This document shows positions 12,361 through 23,525 of a DNA stretch of 64,000 bases, in pieces (position 1 is the stretch's first letter; every line of letters starts with the position of its first letter). The notes under the pieces are model-generated. The model ran no database searches. It was given only the letters and a program-made list of their open reading frames with translations, and was not told the DNA's origin. Both the position numbers and the translations under genes were made by a program. The stretch comes from Moniliella sp. 'wahieum' (taxonomy: Eukaryota), in NCBI GenBank assembly GCA_003971905.1, contig RSEE01000042.1:248001-312000 (forward strand), read 5' to 3'.

Positions 12361-13448
12361 CAGTGTACCTTGACCTCGTAATGCCAGTTGAGAATGTTAA
12401 GATCGAGCTAGAAGATCCCTTGAGATTTGAGAGTTGCGGAGACGACAACAGTTGAAGTGGTCCAGAGCCCATCAGCCCTCAGTGACACGTGGCCCGACGC
12501 ACGCAGTGCATCGAAGAGGCAGTGCGTCCCCCCCGCGGACCTTTTGCGGGCTTGCACTTAACCGGACTCTTCATCACGACCCATATGTCTCTATAGCTCT
12601 CCTTCAGTAACTCTGAAATGCTATCACCATTACCTATATCGCCATCATTGCTATCTCGGTGGGTGTCACTGATAATCGCTGCTCGTTGGACGCCTCTGCT
12701 TGCTGTTGGTGCTTGCTCAACCATAACTAGTAAAGCTAGTAACTCTTGATGCTTAATTCTTCTCTGAGATGTGCCTAGAGCACCGTTCATCGATCATCGA
12801 TCATCAGCTTTTGCCAAGCCACAGCCACACCAAGCTTCATCGATCATCGATCATCCTTCATCAGTTTTCCCCGCATGCATCATCAGATTATACTGAGATC
12901 TAGCGCACGATGATTCGGATGCTGTGGTTCTGTTACGCAATAGGGTCGAGATGGCAGCAATAATGTGCCGTGTGGTGTGTCCGCCTTCCTACCTCGACTC
13001 CAAGCCAAATCCATCTATGCGCTCTTGCCTCCCGCTTTCTGGGTTTCACGTGCTGGTAGGCGAGCTGCTCATGCACGTTTTGATGGTATGGTTTCGTGTG
13101 CCATGTTCGCATATGCTGAAACCCAATCATCCCCGTCATCCTGACGTGGCATCTGCATGAAATCGATAATCGTCAATCTCGATAATCCCCACAGTGCCTC
13201 AGCCGCTCAGCGCTTACACTCACACTGCTCTCAGCGCAATGTGTACGATCGATGATTTCACGTACAGAAACAAACGCCCTCATTAGGGTCAAAAGAGGGT
13301 CTACCTCTGCGGCTTTCAAGTTCCATTAGGGTCTAAACGCTTTCAGAAGGGTCAAAACAGGCAGAGTATATCCATCTTCCCAACATACCAGACAAAGTGA
13401 TCATCGATCATGTGCTACCATCCCACCTCGAGCTGAAGTGCTGCACAC

Positions 13449-15224
13449 TTACACAGATCTGGTAATAGGTTTAGCTGGTCGAAACAAACTAAGAGTATCT
13501 TGTCTGAGAGGGTTGGCCTCAATGTCCATCGCAATGGACGGCTGGTGCAGCGAAGACGCAGAGGGCGGGCCCGGAAGTTGCGAGGATGGGCGCAAATCGG
13601 CGGAGGGTCCTGCTGGGGAGGTGGTCCAGATCAGAGAACCGTAGGAGAGAGGAATACGTGGCTGAGTCCAGGCTTGGTCGGGAAGCAGAACGATCGCGTG
13701 TGCAGACCTGAAGCGAGGAAAACTTGATGAGATGAGCACGTAGAGTAAATAGATGATACAACCCACCGTCAGGCCTACTACGATGACGGGCACGGCAATC
13801 ACAGAGCAAATCAGGAGCCCGGGCAGGAGTATAATCACCAAAAACAGGATGTTTGCCAGAGTGACGATCAGTTTGCGCAGTAGAAGCAAGAGAAAGACAG
13901 CCACGACTGAAACAAGGGCAAGATCAGTCAGACTGAAGTCAATGACGATATGAGGCATTGGCATCGGATTGCTCTCTGGATCCGTGGGTGCGACAGACGT
14001 GAAGCGCGATGGATGAATCTCAATCCGGTACGACCCATCAGGAAGAACGGTGAAAGTGTACCGTGGCCAGAAGAGTGGGCCCACCCATGAGCCCCCGTGA
14101 ATGCCAAACAATCTGAAAATCGCCCCAGATGGACGCCAAAGCCATTCGATTATAGTCGACTTGGGTGTTCCTACCCACCTACCGAAAATCTTGATTTGAC
14201 ACGCCGCATCCAAAGTCATGTGCTTGCCGTGGCACGTGTCCATCACCAGCCCGCCCCTTTGGTCTAGAGAGCGGAGACCAAGTACATCTTGAGCGTACAT
14301 CGCGGTTTCACGTAGGGGGATAAGGGGTGAGTCATCGCCTATGGGGTTCTCCTCCGTAGCTACGCGGTAAGATGCGAACCACCCCGATTCCTTTGGCCGT
14401 ACCACTTCGTCCTGGGAAAACACAACCATCACAAAATTGTGAAGGCTGGCGAGGCGACTCTTGTACAGTTCATTGGGGACCACCTCGTTATTGATGTCGA
14501 GAAGGAATCGGTTATGGCGAAGGTACGCATTGTAGTCTTCCCATTTGCGTGTGTTACGGAAGTATTGAGCGGGTATGATGTGGGTTTAAGCATACTCTCT
14601 GTTGACCCCCCCACGAAGGGCGCCCATGGCGGCACGGCAAAGAAGGTCATGTGGAGCACAGGGGGGTAGTTCTACAATGCCCATATGTTGGCTGCCAATT
14701 GTGATCAAGTTGCGCACTGGTGGCGCATTGCACCGCTCCACATACGCCCGCAGGAATTGGCCACCTTGGGAAAACCCAATGGCATCAAAGCCATTGGCCA
14801 GCTCGGGGATCTGGGCAAGTTGCTCGCATATCTGTGCCACTTGATCATTGACCACACCAAACAGAGACGCTCGCTGGTCCGCTGAGTGGGAGGAGGAAGC
14901 GAGAACGATGCTGTGGACAAAGATGCCAGGGTAGACATCGCGCAGCGCATCGGCAATGTCGGTCATCCCCTGCGATTCACCCCAGTCGCCAAGACCGTGC
15001 CACAAGACGACAGGGTGAGGGCGGCCGCTTAGCATGAGTGACCATGCAGAGGGAGAGCGGGATGTGGGGACGGTGGCTGCCGAGACGGAAGAGGTGCTGG
15101 CGGGTGAGTGGGGGGACGAGGCCCGAGGGGAATAGTCAGGGCAGTGTCGGATCGAGAAGGCGCGCACTACAGGGAGGGGCAACGCCAACAGGACGGCGAG
15201 AGATGGGAGCCATGTGAGCTTCAT
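13449..15224 (-). CDS. PPT1: Palmitoyl-protein thioesterase 1 with signal peptide and C-terminal hydrophobic extension (one frameshift ~14590)
   Basis: Signal peptide MKLTWLPSLAVLLAL, VVLWHGLGD, nucleophile GFSQGGQFLRAYVERCN, GSQHMG, PAQYFRN, FSQDEVVRPKESGWF, LYAQDVLGL-like segment, GKHM. Confidence 0.9.
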
Positions 15225-16004
15225 GGTGGCGGTGTGGAGGGATGGGCAAGAGGAGACAAATACACAGAGGCTGGGGCTTGTAGGCCCAGTTAGATGGGGC
15301 GTTGGGTGTTGGGGCTGGACCGAGCGCAGCGCCCCAGCAATTGGCGGTCGCTTGTGGCGACCAAGGCGGCGCGTAGTGCGGCGTAGTGCGGCAGTGCGGC
15401 ACCTGAGTGCAATCCTCGATTGGCATCAAGTATCAAGCTTCAAGCTATATATCAAGCATCATACATCAAGCTTCAAGTGTCCCCACTGTGGCTGCGCAGT
15501 TTCGGCGTTGGGGATTTCACGGCATGCTCCACCGTGCACCCACTCCCAGCGCGCCCTCCAGAGGGTCCAGTAGCATTCGCGAAGTATTTTCCGAGCGGGT
15601 GGGGATGGACAACATACTACTTTCTGACATCTTCACCTCGCCAACTGAGGACGAAACGTTGTGGGGAACAAGCCAGGGGCGTAACTGGCGGGGGACACCG
15701 CCTCCGTCACGATGGATGCAAACTGCTTCTGAATAGCAGAAGGAGCGCGATGTCAGTACAGCAGTTACGCCGACATCAAGATCTGGGATCATGACGTACA
15801 CGCAACAGCATCCGTCTAACCAATTCCCTGGCTTCCATACAACCATTCCCACTATCTGGCGACCAGATCGTTATCACTGGCAAATTGTTGATTTAGCGGC
15901 TGGTGAAGCTTGAAGGGGCCACATGGAGCACAAGCTGAACTGCGATATAGACAAGTCTATATCTTAGGACGTGCAATCAGGAAAAGATAGATTTTGGCAA
16001 AAAC

Positions 16005-19000
16005 CTAGGGCGTAACCGGCGCTACCGGTTCGGCGGCAGGATCCAAGGCGTCCACATGCTCGTCTGACACATTCTGTTCCTTCATGGGCTCATCGGCAGC
16101 CTCCGCATCACCATCAAGAAGAGGCTCCTTTGATGATGTATCTGCGCTTGTTGGACTTGGTTCATGTGCAGGCTCTTGGGGAGCACCCGTCTCTGTCCCT
16201 GTGCTCGCCCTAGGCGTGTCAGGCGTGGAAGGAGAGCTGGGGCGGGGCTTGGCCGGAACAGAGGGGGAGGCCCATAATCCGTATGTTCATCATTGGCCTC
16301 ACCATTCGTCTCGACAGGTGGCAGAGAAGGAGAAGGCGGGTCCGCAAGAGCGGGAGATTGGCCTGCTGCAGCGAGCTGGGCACGCAAAGAGCGTACCAAC
16401 CGTTGATGGTCGCGCACCAACGACTCGACCTTGTGTTGGTGTGCCGCATGGAGCGCCAGCAGATCCTCCTGGTCCAGCGCTGCCCAAGAGCCCGAAGATG
16501 AGCTCCCATGGCCATAGCCGTTGCGCTGGTCGTCCGGGCCCGAAGGAGCAGAACGCTTAGGCCCGGAAAGAAGGGATTGCAATACGCCTTGGTTTGACGC
16601 GGCCTCTTTAGCTTGGACAAGCTCAGCTTTGAGCTCGGCAAGTTCATGCGACGCTTGGTTCAGCCGGGTTTGCATCTCGTCTCGCGAGCGTTGGGCTTCG
16701 TGCAGCCTTTTGCGAGCGGTCGCAGCTTGTTCCCCTTCCTTCGTGGCGAGCTCTTGCAGAGATTCACACCGCTCCACCCAGGCTTGCTGAACACCTGCCA
16801 ACTGCTCCACCCTGCGCCGATCGGCCTTTTCAAGTTCCTCAGCAAGAATCTTGTCTTGCTCCTGTTTCATCAGGTCAAACTGCTCGGCAAACGCGTTTTG
16901 GGATTCGCGGAAGGCAGCTTGCGAGTCACGAAGTTCACGCTGCGTGTCCCGTAGCATCGCTGCCCGGCGCGAGACAGCGGCACCTTGTTGGGCGGCGGCG
17001 GCTGCCGCCGCTTCCGAAGCTTGGGCCAGCTCATGCCGCAGATGCTCCGCTTCGCTGGCCTTGCCCACTGCAACATCCAGGGATTGTTGGAGCACCCCAC
17101 GATCCATCTCGCTAGTCTCCAACGCTGTAGAGAGACGTTCCACCTCCGCTTCCAGCGAAGCCACTTTAGCTTCAGTCGCCGCTTGGTCCATCCTTCTTGC
17201 CAGACTGTTAGTTCCAACTCAGGTGGATCATATCAGAAGGAAACAAACGTACCCTGTTCCTCCTTCGGCGCCTCTTCTACCTGGACAGAGGCGCTTTCCT
17301 CCTCTCCAGTACCGTCGGACTCAGCCGTAAAAGTAGTCCCATCGGTTACGCTGCGATCCGTGGATTTGTCCTCCACTTTCTCGGATTTTTGCGCAGGATC
17401 ATCCGTGGTCTCTGCGGTAGGAGTTCCCGGAGCGGGAACGGGAGCTCCCGCCTCTTGGTCACTTGGATCAACTTGTTTCTTGGCTTCAAGGGCGCGGTGC
17501 GCCTGGTCTTGTGCCTCGCCTAATTGTTGTTGCAGGTCTTCCTTTTCTTTAAGAGCGGTAGTTAGATTGGCTTCCGTTGAAGCAAGCCCTGCCAGTGCCT
17601 CATCACGGCCCTCTCTGCCTCTTGCAAGCGGGTCCGGAGAGATTGAACCTCCTTCTCTTGCTCCAATAAGTGGTTGCAGGCTTCTGCACGCTCCGACTCG
17701 GCCTTGTGCAGGGCATCCTGCACCCCATCCAGTTCGGCATGAGCCTGCCCCAGTTTCTGACGCGCTTCCTTCAACTCCTGCGCAGCACCTTGTGATGCAG
17801 CCGACGAGGCAGCTGCAGCCACCTCAGCACGGACCGAGGCCTGCGTCGCAGTCAAGGCTTCCTCGAGGATTTGGCGTTGTTCAGTGGCCTCTGACAGATC
17901 CGAGGTCAGTTGATCCACTCGCGCTTGGGCTTCCGTCATGCTTCGTCGAGCTGCCTTGGTTTCCTCTCTGGCTTGAGCCAAACGAGTCTCCAAGTCGGAG
18001 CGGACCGACTCGGCTTGTGCCTGGGCACGGGAAGCTTGTTGTTGAGCATCAGCCAGCTCTTCAATAACTGTCTGCGCGTCGCGGGCTTCCTTCTGGGCTT
18101 GAGCCACCTTGGCCTCCGCCTCGCTCAGTGCTGCTTGGGCTTGGGTGCGAGCATCTACCTCAGCAGCGCGAGCCAATTCGGCTTCTTGAAGCGCAGCCTT
18201 GAACCCTTTCACTTCTTCCGCCGTGACTTGGACCTCATCCAACTTGAGTTGCAATCCTTGGTTTCTCCTTGAAGTTGCTTGATTTGCTCCGAAAGTGCCA
18301 CCAGTCGCTTGACCGTCCGTCGTTGGAAGGAGGTTGAGGAGAAGAACGAGCTGCAACAACGGGAGCATCGTCCTGGTCGGTCTGAGACCAGTCAGGTGGC
18401 TCATCCTCGGTAATTTCGTTCTCAGCAGCTTCACCCCCTTGGTCCTTTTGAGGCGTGGCATGGTCCAGATCACGCGAACGATGGTCTCGCCAGATCCAGT
18501 TGAATCCTTGGCCTGCTTCAATTGCTCCATCGCCTCATGCCATTTGGCTCTAGTATCAGACAGATGACGCTGGGTCGCCTCCAAATCCAGCTCAAGTCGC
18601 TTCTTTTGCGCATCGGCAGCGGCCGCAGCGCGATCATGGTCCGTACTCATCTGCTTCTTGAGCCGCTGGACCTCTTCGTCGTGTGTGGCTCGCAACTGTG
18701 CGACCGTCTCGGCCATCTGCTGCTTAACTTTCTTCAGGTCTTGCACGTGGTCCTCGCCGGCATTCAAGCGGACGGAATCAAGGGCAGCCTCATGCTCCTC
18801 CCTCTCCTTGTCCAGGGTGTCGTTCAGTTCAGCCAACTGCGCCGCATATCGGCTCTGTGCCTCCTGTAACACGGCCTTGTGGTTGGCAGCAGCCGTATCC
18901 AAAGCTGCTGTATGCTCCTTCCTCAACGTCTCCTTCGCTTCGGCTGTGGCCAAGCTTACCTTGCCCGGGTGGGCATCGATCTCTTCCTTCTGCTTGGCAA

Positions 19001-20932
19001 CAGTGTCGTTTGCTTGAGCGAGATCGGCTTGGAGTTGGTCATGGGCCGCCTGGAGCGCCTGGAGCTGATCCGCATACCCATCCCGCTCGGTTTGGCTTGT
19101 GGTCAATGCAGCGCGTAGCTTGTCAGCCTCAGCTTTGTGCTCGGACAACTCAGCAGCATGCTTCGCGAGCGTCTCGCGCTGCAACGTTTCGGCGTCACGC
19201 TGCCCTGCCGCTGCTTCTTGCTCTAGCTCTTCAATGCGACGACCCGACTCGCGTACAGAGTCTCCATCTCCTTCTGCAACTTTTCGCGGCGTTCCCGCTC
19301 GGCTTCCAATTCCAGCACCACATCTTCCAGGTCCTCGTCGGCCTTGGACCGCTCGGCAGACAGCTGTCGCACCCGCTGCACTTCCTCGTCTTTTTCAAAC
19401 CGAACCTCCTCAATTGCCTTCTCCCCCGCCTCAACTTGTTCCTTGAGCTGCGCCACATTTTGGCCCAGGGCAAACGATTCTGACCGAGCCTTGCTCAGGT
19501 CCTCTTGCAGCTGAGCAAGTTCGGTCATGCGATCCTTGTGCTCCGTTTCCAATTTCTTCTGCGCTTCGGCCAAATCGGCCTTGGCAGCCTCTAAAGCCAC
19601 CGCCACCTCCGCCACTCATCCTCCTTCCCAACCTCAGCCTGCTGCGCCTCCATTTCAGCCCGCAGCCTCCACCTGGCTTGCAACTCCTCCCGTCGGTATG
19701 TGCAGCGTCCACTTCGGCTTGCAGTTCCTCCTGTTGACACGGGCAGCATCCAAGTCAGCTTGCAGTTCCTTACCTTGGCCGCCGCAGTGCTCGGTGCCGC
19801 CGCTGTGGTCCGAGCCGAAGTGAGTGTAGAACGAGCCGTGGTACTGGGGGACTCCGCGCTGTAGTCAGCCCTGGTTTCGTCGCAGGAGAGGCGGTGCCAG
19901 ACCGAGTTCCAGGTGAGGTGGGGCTGCGGGTGCCCGAGACACCGGGCCGAGGAGCGACACCGAGTCGGGACGCGGACCGAGCAACCGAGGGGGAAGCAGT
20001 GGAGAAACAGATGGGCGAGCCACAGAGGAGCGAGCAGTGGTGGCGGTGGGAGGTGAACGGGGATGGGCTTGAGCCGGCGGGACGCGGGGAAAGGCTGGTC
20101 CGCGCAGCTCCCGGCCGAGCGGAAGCGGCTGGGTGCGGGTGCTCATCGAACTCGAAGGACGCGAAGGACTCGGTGTCACTCCCGTTCGAGTAACGCCCGC
20201 GCGCGCCGTCGCCGTCGTCGTAGCGCCAGCTCGGGCGGCAGGTGAAGCCGTAGACCCAGCACGGACAGGCGCGCCCGGCCTCGTCGTTGTCACACCGGGC
20301 CGAGGGTTGAAACGGGCGTGCGGGATGATGGGGCCGTCCCAGCCGGGAGGCAGGGGCGGTAGCAGTCCGCGCGGAAGCAACTCTACTCGCAGGGGTCGAC
20401 GAAGTTGTCGTTGTACCTGGTCGACGCGCCGCGGCAGTCGAGGTCGCCGCTGTAGTTCCCCGCACAGTAGGACGAGCAGTTGATGTGGATGGGGTAACAC
20501 CAGGACGGCGAGCGGAAGTTGCTGTAGCACCAGGACGGGACGTTGCCGGGCGGGAAGAGGCGGCCCCAGAGCGCGCGGTAGTTGCGCGAGCAGGGGCAGA
20601 GGGGTAGGAGACGGTTCGGCGCTCGCCTCATCGTCATCGTTCTCGCTCCCGGCAGCATCGGCGGCAGCGGGGGCATCAAGAGCATCCTCCGATTGTTTCC
20701 CAGTATCGGATAACACGTCATCGTCGGCACCATCTGTCGGCTCTTCTTGCTCTTGCACCTGGGCCAGCTCGTCCTCGAGCGTGAGGTCGTGTTCGCCTTC
20801 GGGCAGCTCCAAGTGAGGGCCCAGTTGGGCGTCGCTGGCGGGGTCCTGCTCAACGTCGTCGGCAGGCTCGAGGTCGCTCAGCGGCTGCTCCTCCTCGAGC
20901 TCATCCTCGGGGAGCTCGTGATGGGCGGCCAT
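16005..20932 (-). CDS. Large coiled-coil protein (acidic N-terminus, Ser/Thr/Arg/Pro-rich segment, long E/K/A/Q heptad region); many frameshifts, at least one intron ~17197-17251
   Basis: Consecutive minus-strand ORFs (19865-20932, 19770-20465, 19223-19615, 17562-19184, 16082-17191) with heptad composition. GTACGT...CTAAC...AAG intron. Stop TAG at 16005-16007 after ...AEPVAPVTP. Confidence 0.7.
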
Positions 20933-21588
20933 GGGGGGAGGGCCGGTGCTGCAGGGGGGATGGTGGCGGGCAGCGGCAGGCTGGACCAGCTGGTAGGAGC
21001 GCGTGGGCGCTGCTGGCCGTCTGAACGTTCAAGTGGGGTGCAGTATGCGCGACAGGCCGCTCCACCACCTAAAACTTTCACCCCCGCTGGCGGCCTAAGG
21101 CCAAAGGCCTAGCTAGTAACTGCCGACCCCGTAGGAACGCAACTGGCAGAACAAGCACACCCGCAAGGGCGGTGGGTCGAGCTCAAGCTCCACGCTTCCA
21201 GCTCAGTGTCCAGCTAGCCTCAACCTTCAACACCTGCCAAGGAAGCTTCAGGCCCCAAGCGTTAAGGTCCACACCTCAGCGTAACGCCCTGGGAGGACCA
21301 CACCTCGAGGCGAGTATCAACAGCTCTGCCTGTGGGGCAGAGGTCTACCCGACATACCACTCAGCACTCTCATCGACCACCACTATACAAACCCGTCGGA
21401 TGACCAGCTACATACACACAGCCGCACAAGCAATTGGGGGAAGTGACCGCCAAGGTCGAGGATTCTGTGCAACAACTGCGCAGAGCATTTTGTCCGAGCC
21501 AAAGGCTACGGTCGCAACCGCATATCCATAGGGTACATGGGAGCCAACGGCGAGAAGCGTGGCGGAGACTGCAGGGGTCTGACATCTC

Positions 21589-22135
21589 TTAAGCCGAAGC
21601 ACGGGCCACGGCCGGGTTGACCTTCTTGCCGTCCTTGTTGAAGCGCACGCGCACGGGGGGCGCACGGTTGCGGCGGTCAACACGCGAGCGCACACGCACC
21701 GTCTTCGAGTGGATGGCGCACGAAACGCAGTAGTGGACCTTGTGTACAGCTTGGGCAGCGTGTACTCGGCGTACACCGAGGCCTCGCTCATGTCGCGCAC
21801 AGCGGCCGCCTCGACAACGTTACGGACAGTGAAACGCTTGATCGCCTTGTCCTTAGGAACCGCGCGCGAGCAGTTCGAGCAGCGGACAAAGTTGACGTGG
21901 CCACGGCCGTGCTTGTTGCGGCCACCGTTCCTGCGCTTGGTCGTCACTGAGCACAAGGGGGAGAAGGAAACCAGTCAGTTCACCGTGTCGGCCGGGGAAA
22001 GGAAGGGGTGGCGGAAGCTGCAAGCGCGCGAGGTCGGGAATGGGCCATCGAGGCTCATCCGGGGAGAACGGCAGAACACCAACCGCAGCGCTCGCAGCAG
22101 GACCAGCGTGGGAGCAGCGGCAACGAGGACTCACT
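21589..22135 (-). CDS. RPS26: 40S ribosomal protein S26 (eS26); start codon split by intron 21947-22134
   Basis: [42 protein letters not shown]...[44 protein letters not shown]. One single-base deletion near 21742. Confidence 0.97.
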
Positions 22136-23525
22136 GTTGGGCAAAAGGATCTGCTGACTGTGAGGGGCAAGCAGATGGCGAGCAAGAATGCGCCTAGGCG
22201 GGGACGAGGGACGGCGAACACAACCACGCAGTGAAATATAGGGTTGTGCAATCCGCCTGAGGCGCAATAAATCAGGGGCGCATAGGACTGCGGTGGGGCG
22301 AGTGATCAGCGAGTGGGCAGGAGCGCGTGATCGATGGTCGATCGGTGATCCAGCGGTCGAACCGCCCAGTCGGCCGCCAGGGTCACGTGCAGTGGCAGAT
22401 CCCAGAGCGGAGGCTGGGTCTGGAACCTAACCTTACTGGTTAGCACGCCCGGTGTCGCTGAGCAAAACGGGGCCGATGTACTGAACACACTGAACGGTCC
22501 CGAAGGATCCTCAAGTTTGACGCACTGATGGATTCCGTATCTGATGAGTGGGTTGGAGTGGCTCATGGAGCTTGAAGCTTGAAGCTTGAAGCCAGGGGAT
22601 GGCAGCAGCAGAGCGTAACCCACAAACGCACCACAGTATTGGGGCGTTCTGAATATAAGCTCGCTCCGACAAAACCCCTGCCCCCGCTTTTTTCAATCAA
22701 GGGGTGATAGCCGCCCACCCGCAACACCGCTGCTACTCCTACGGGATTCAGTCTGGCGAGAATGCAGTGGGCAAAATGAGGACAAGGGCTTATACTAGAC
22801 GATATCCTTCTGACGCTGCAAGAAGCGGTGCATCAAGGTTGGGTTTTTGGGTTGCGACGGACAACTGAACTGCGCTTTACACTGCAGCAGTTAAGAGTGG
22901 AGTCAGTGGGCTCGAGGGGTTTTGAAGTGTGTCTTAACCGTAGTTTGGTGCTCTCACAGTCTCACTTTTCTGTATACTCATACATCATAGCCTCTGATCT
23001 ACAGCCCATATCGTGTATCACACCGGATGGCCGACGACGGTGGCCGTGGCGATGCGAGGAAAGGGAATGGGAAATCGGCAATGAGTGCTGCAGGAACGGG
23101 TAAGTCACCCCCCCGAATTAGGTATGGTATAGTACATTTGGTGTATGACCCTACTCTCAATTTGGGTTTTGTTGGCCGTCCTAATCGACAATCGTACCTG
23201 TCGATGGGCAGCTGATAGGCCCGTATGCGGCAACTGAATGAGCGTGTTCTAAGCTGAGCTCAGCGCTCCGCCTGAGCTCTCTGACTGCTGCACGCCTTTC
23301 AACGTCTTCCGCCACCACCGCCACCCATCTACCCCCTCGTTCGCCTCGCACTGACCCCTTTCATTGGCGGGGCGCATCTCATCGGCTCTGCTGTCTGCTC
23401 CGTTCCCCGCACTCGCCCCATCAAACCCACACCCCACACCCGCTCTCGAAGTGCGATAGACCTGTCCCTCCCTCATTCCACCACTGCAAGGATTCTTCCA
23501 TTCGCCTTCGTGTCATTTCCCAATT

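Noticed and set aside
12786..12855. Repeat-spacer-repeat resembling a CRISPR unit
   Set aside because: Only two low-complexity 20-bp copies, eukaryotic context, no cas genes.
22730..23250. RNase P/MRP RNA (CTCCTACG, GGGAAATCGG, GGGCTTA fragments)
   Set aside because: Fragments are not in the required order and no P4-pairing CR-V could be found.
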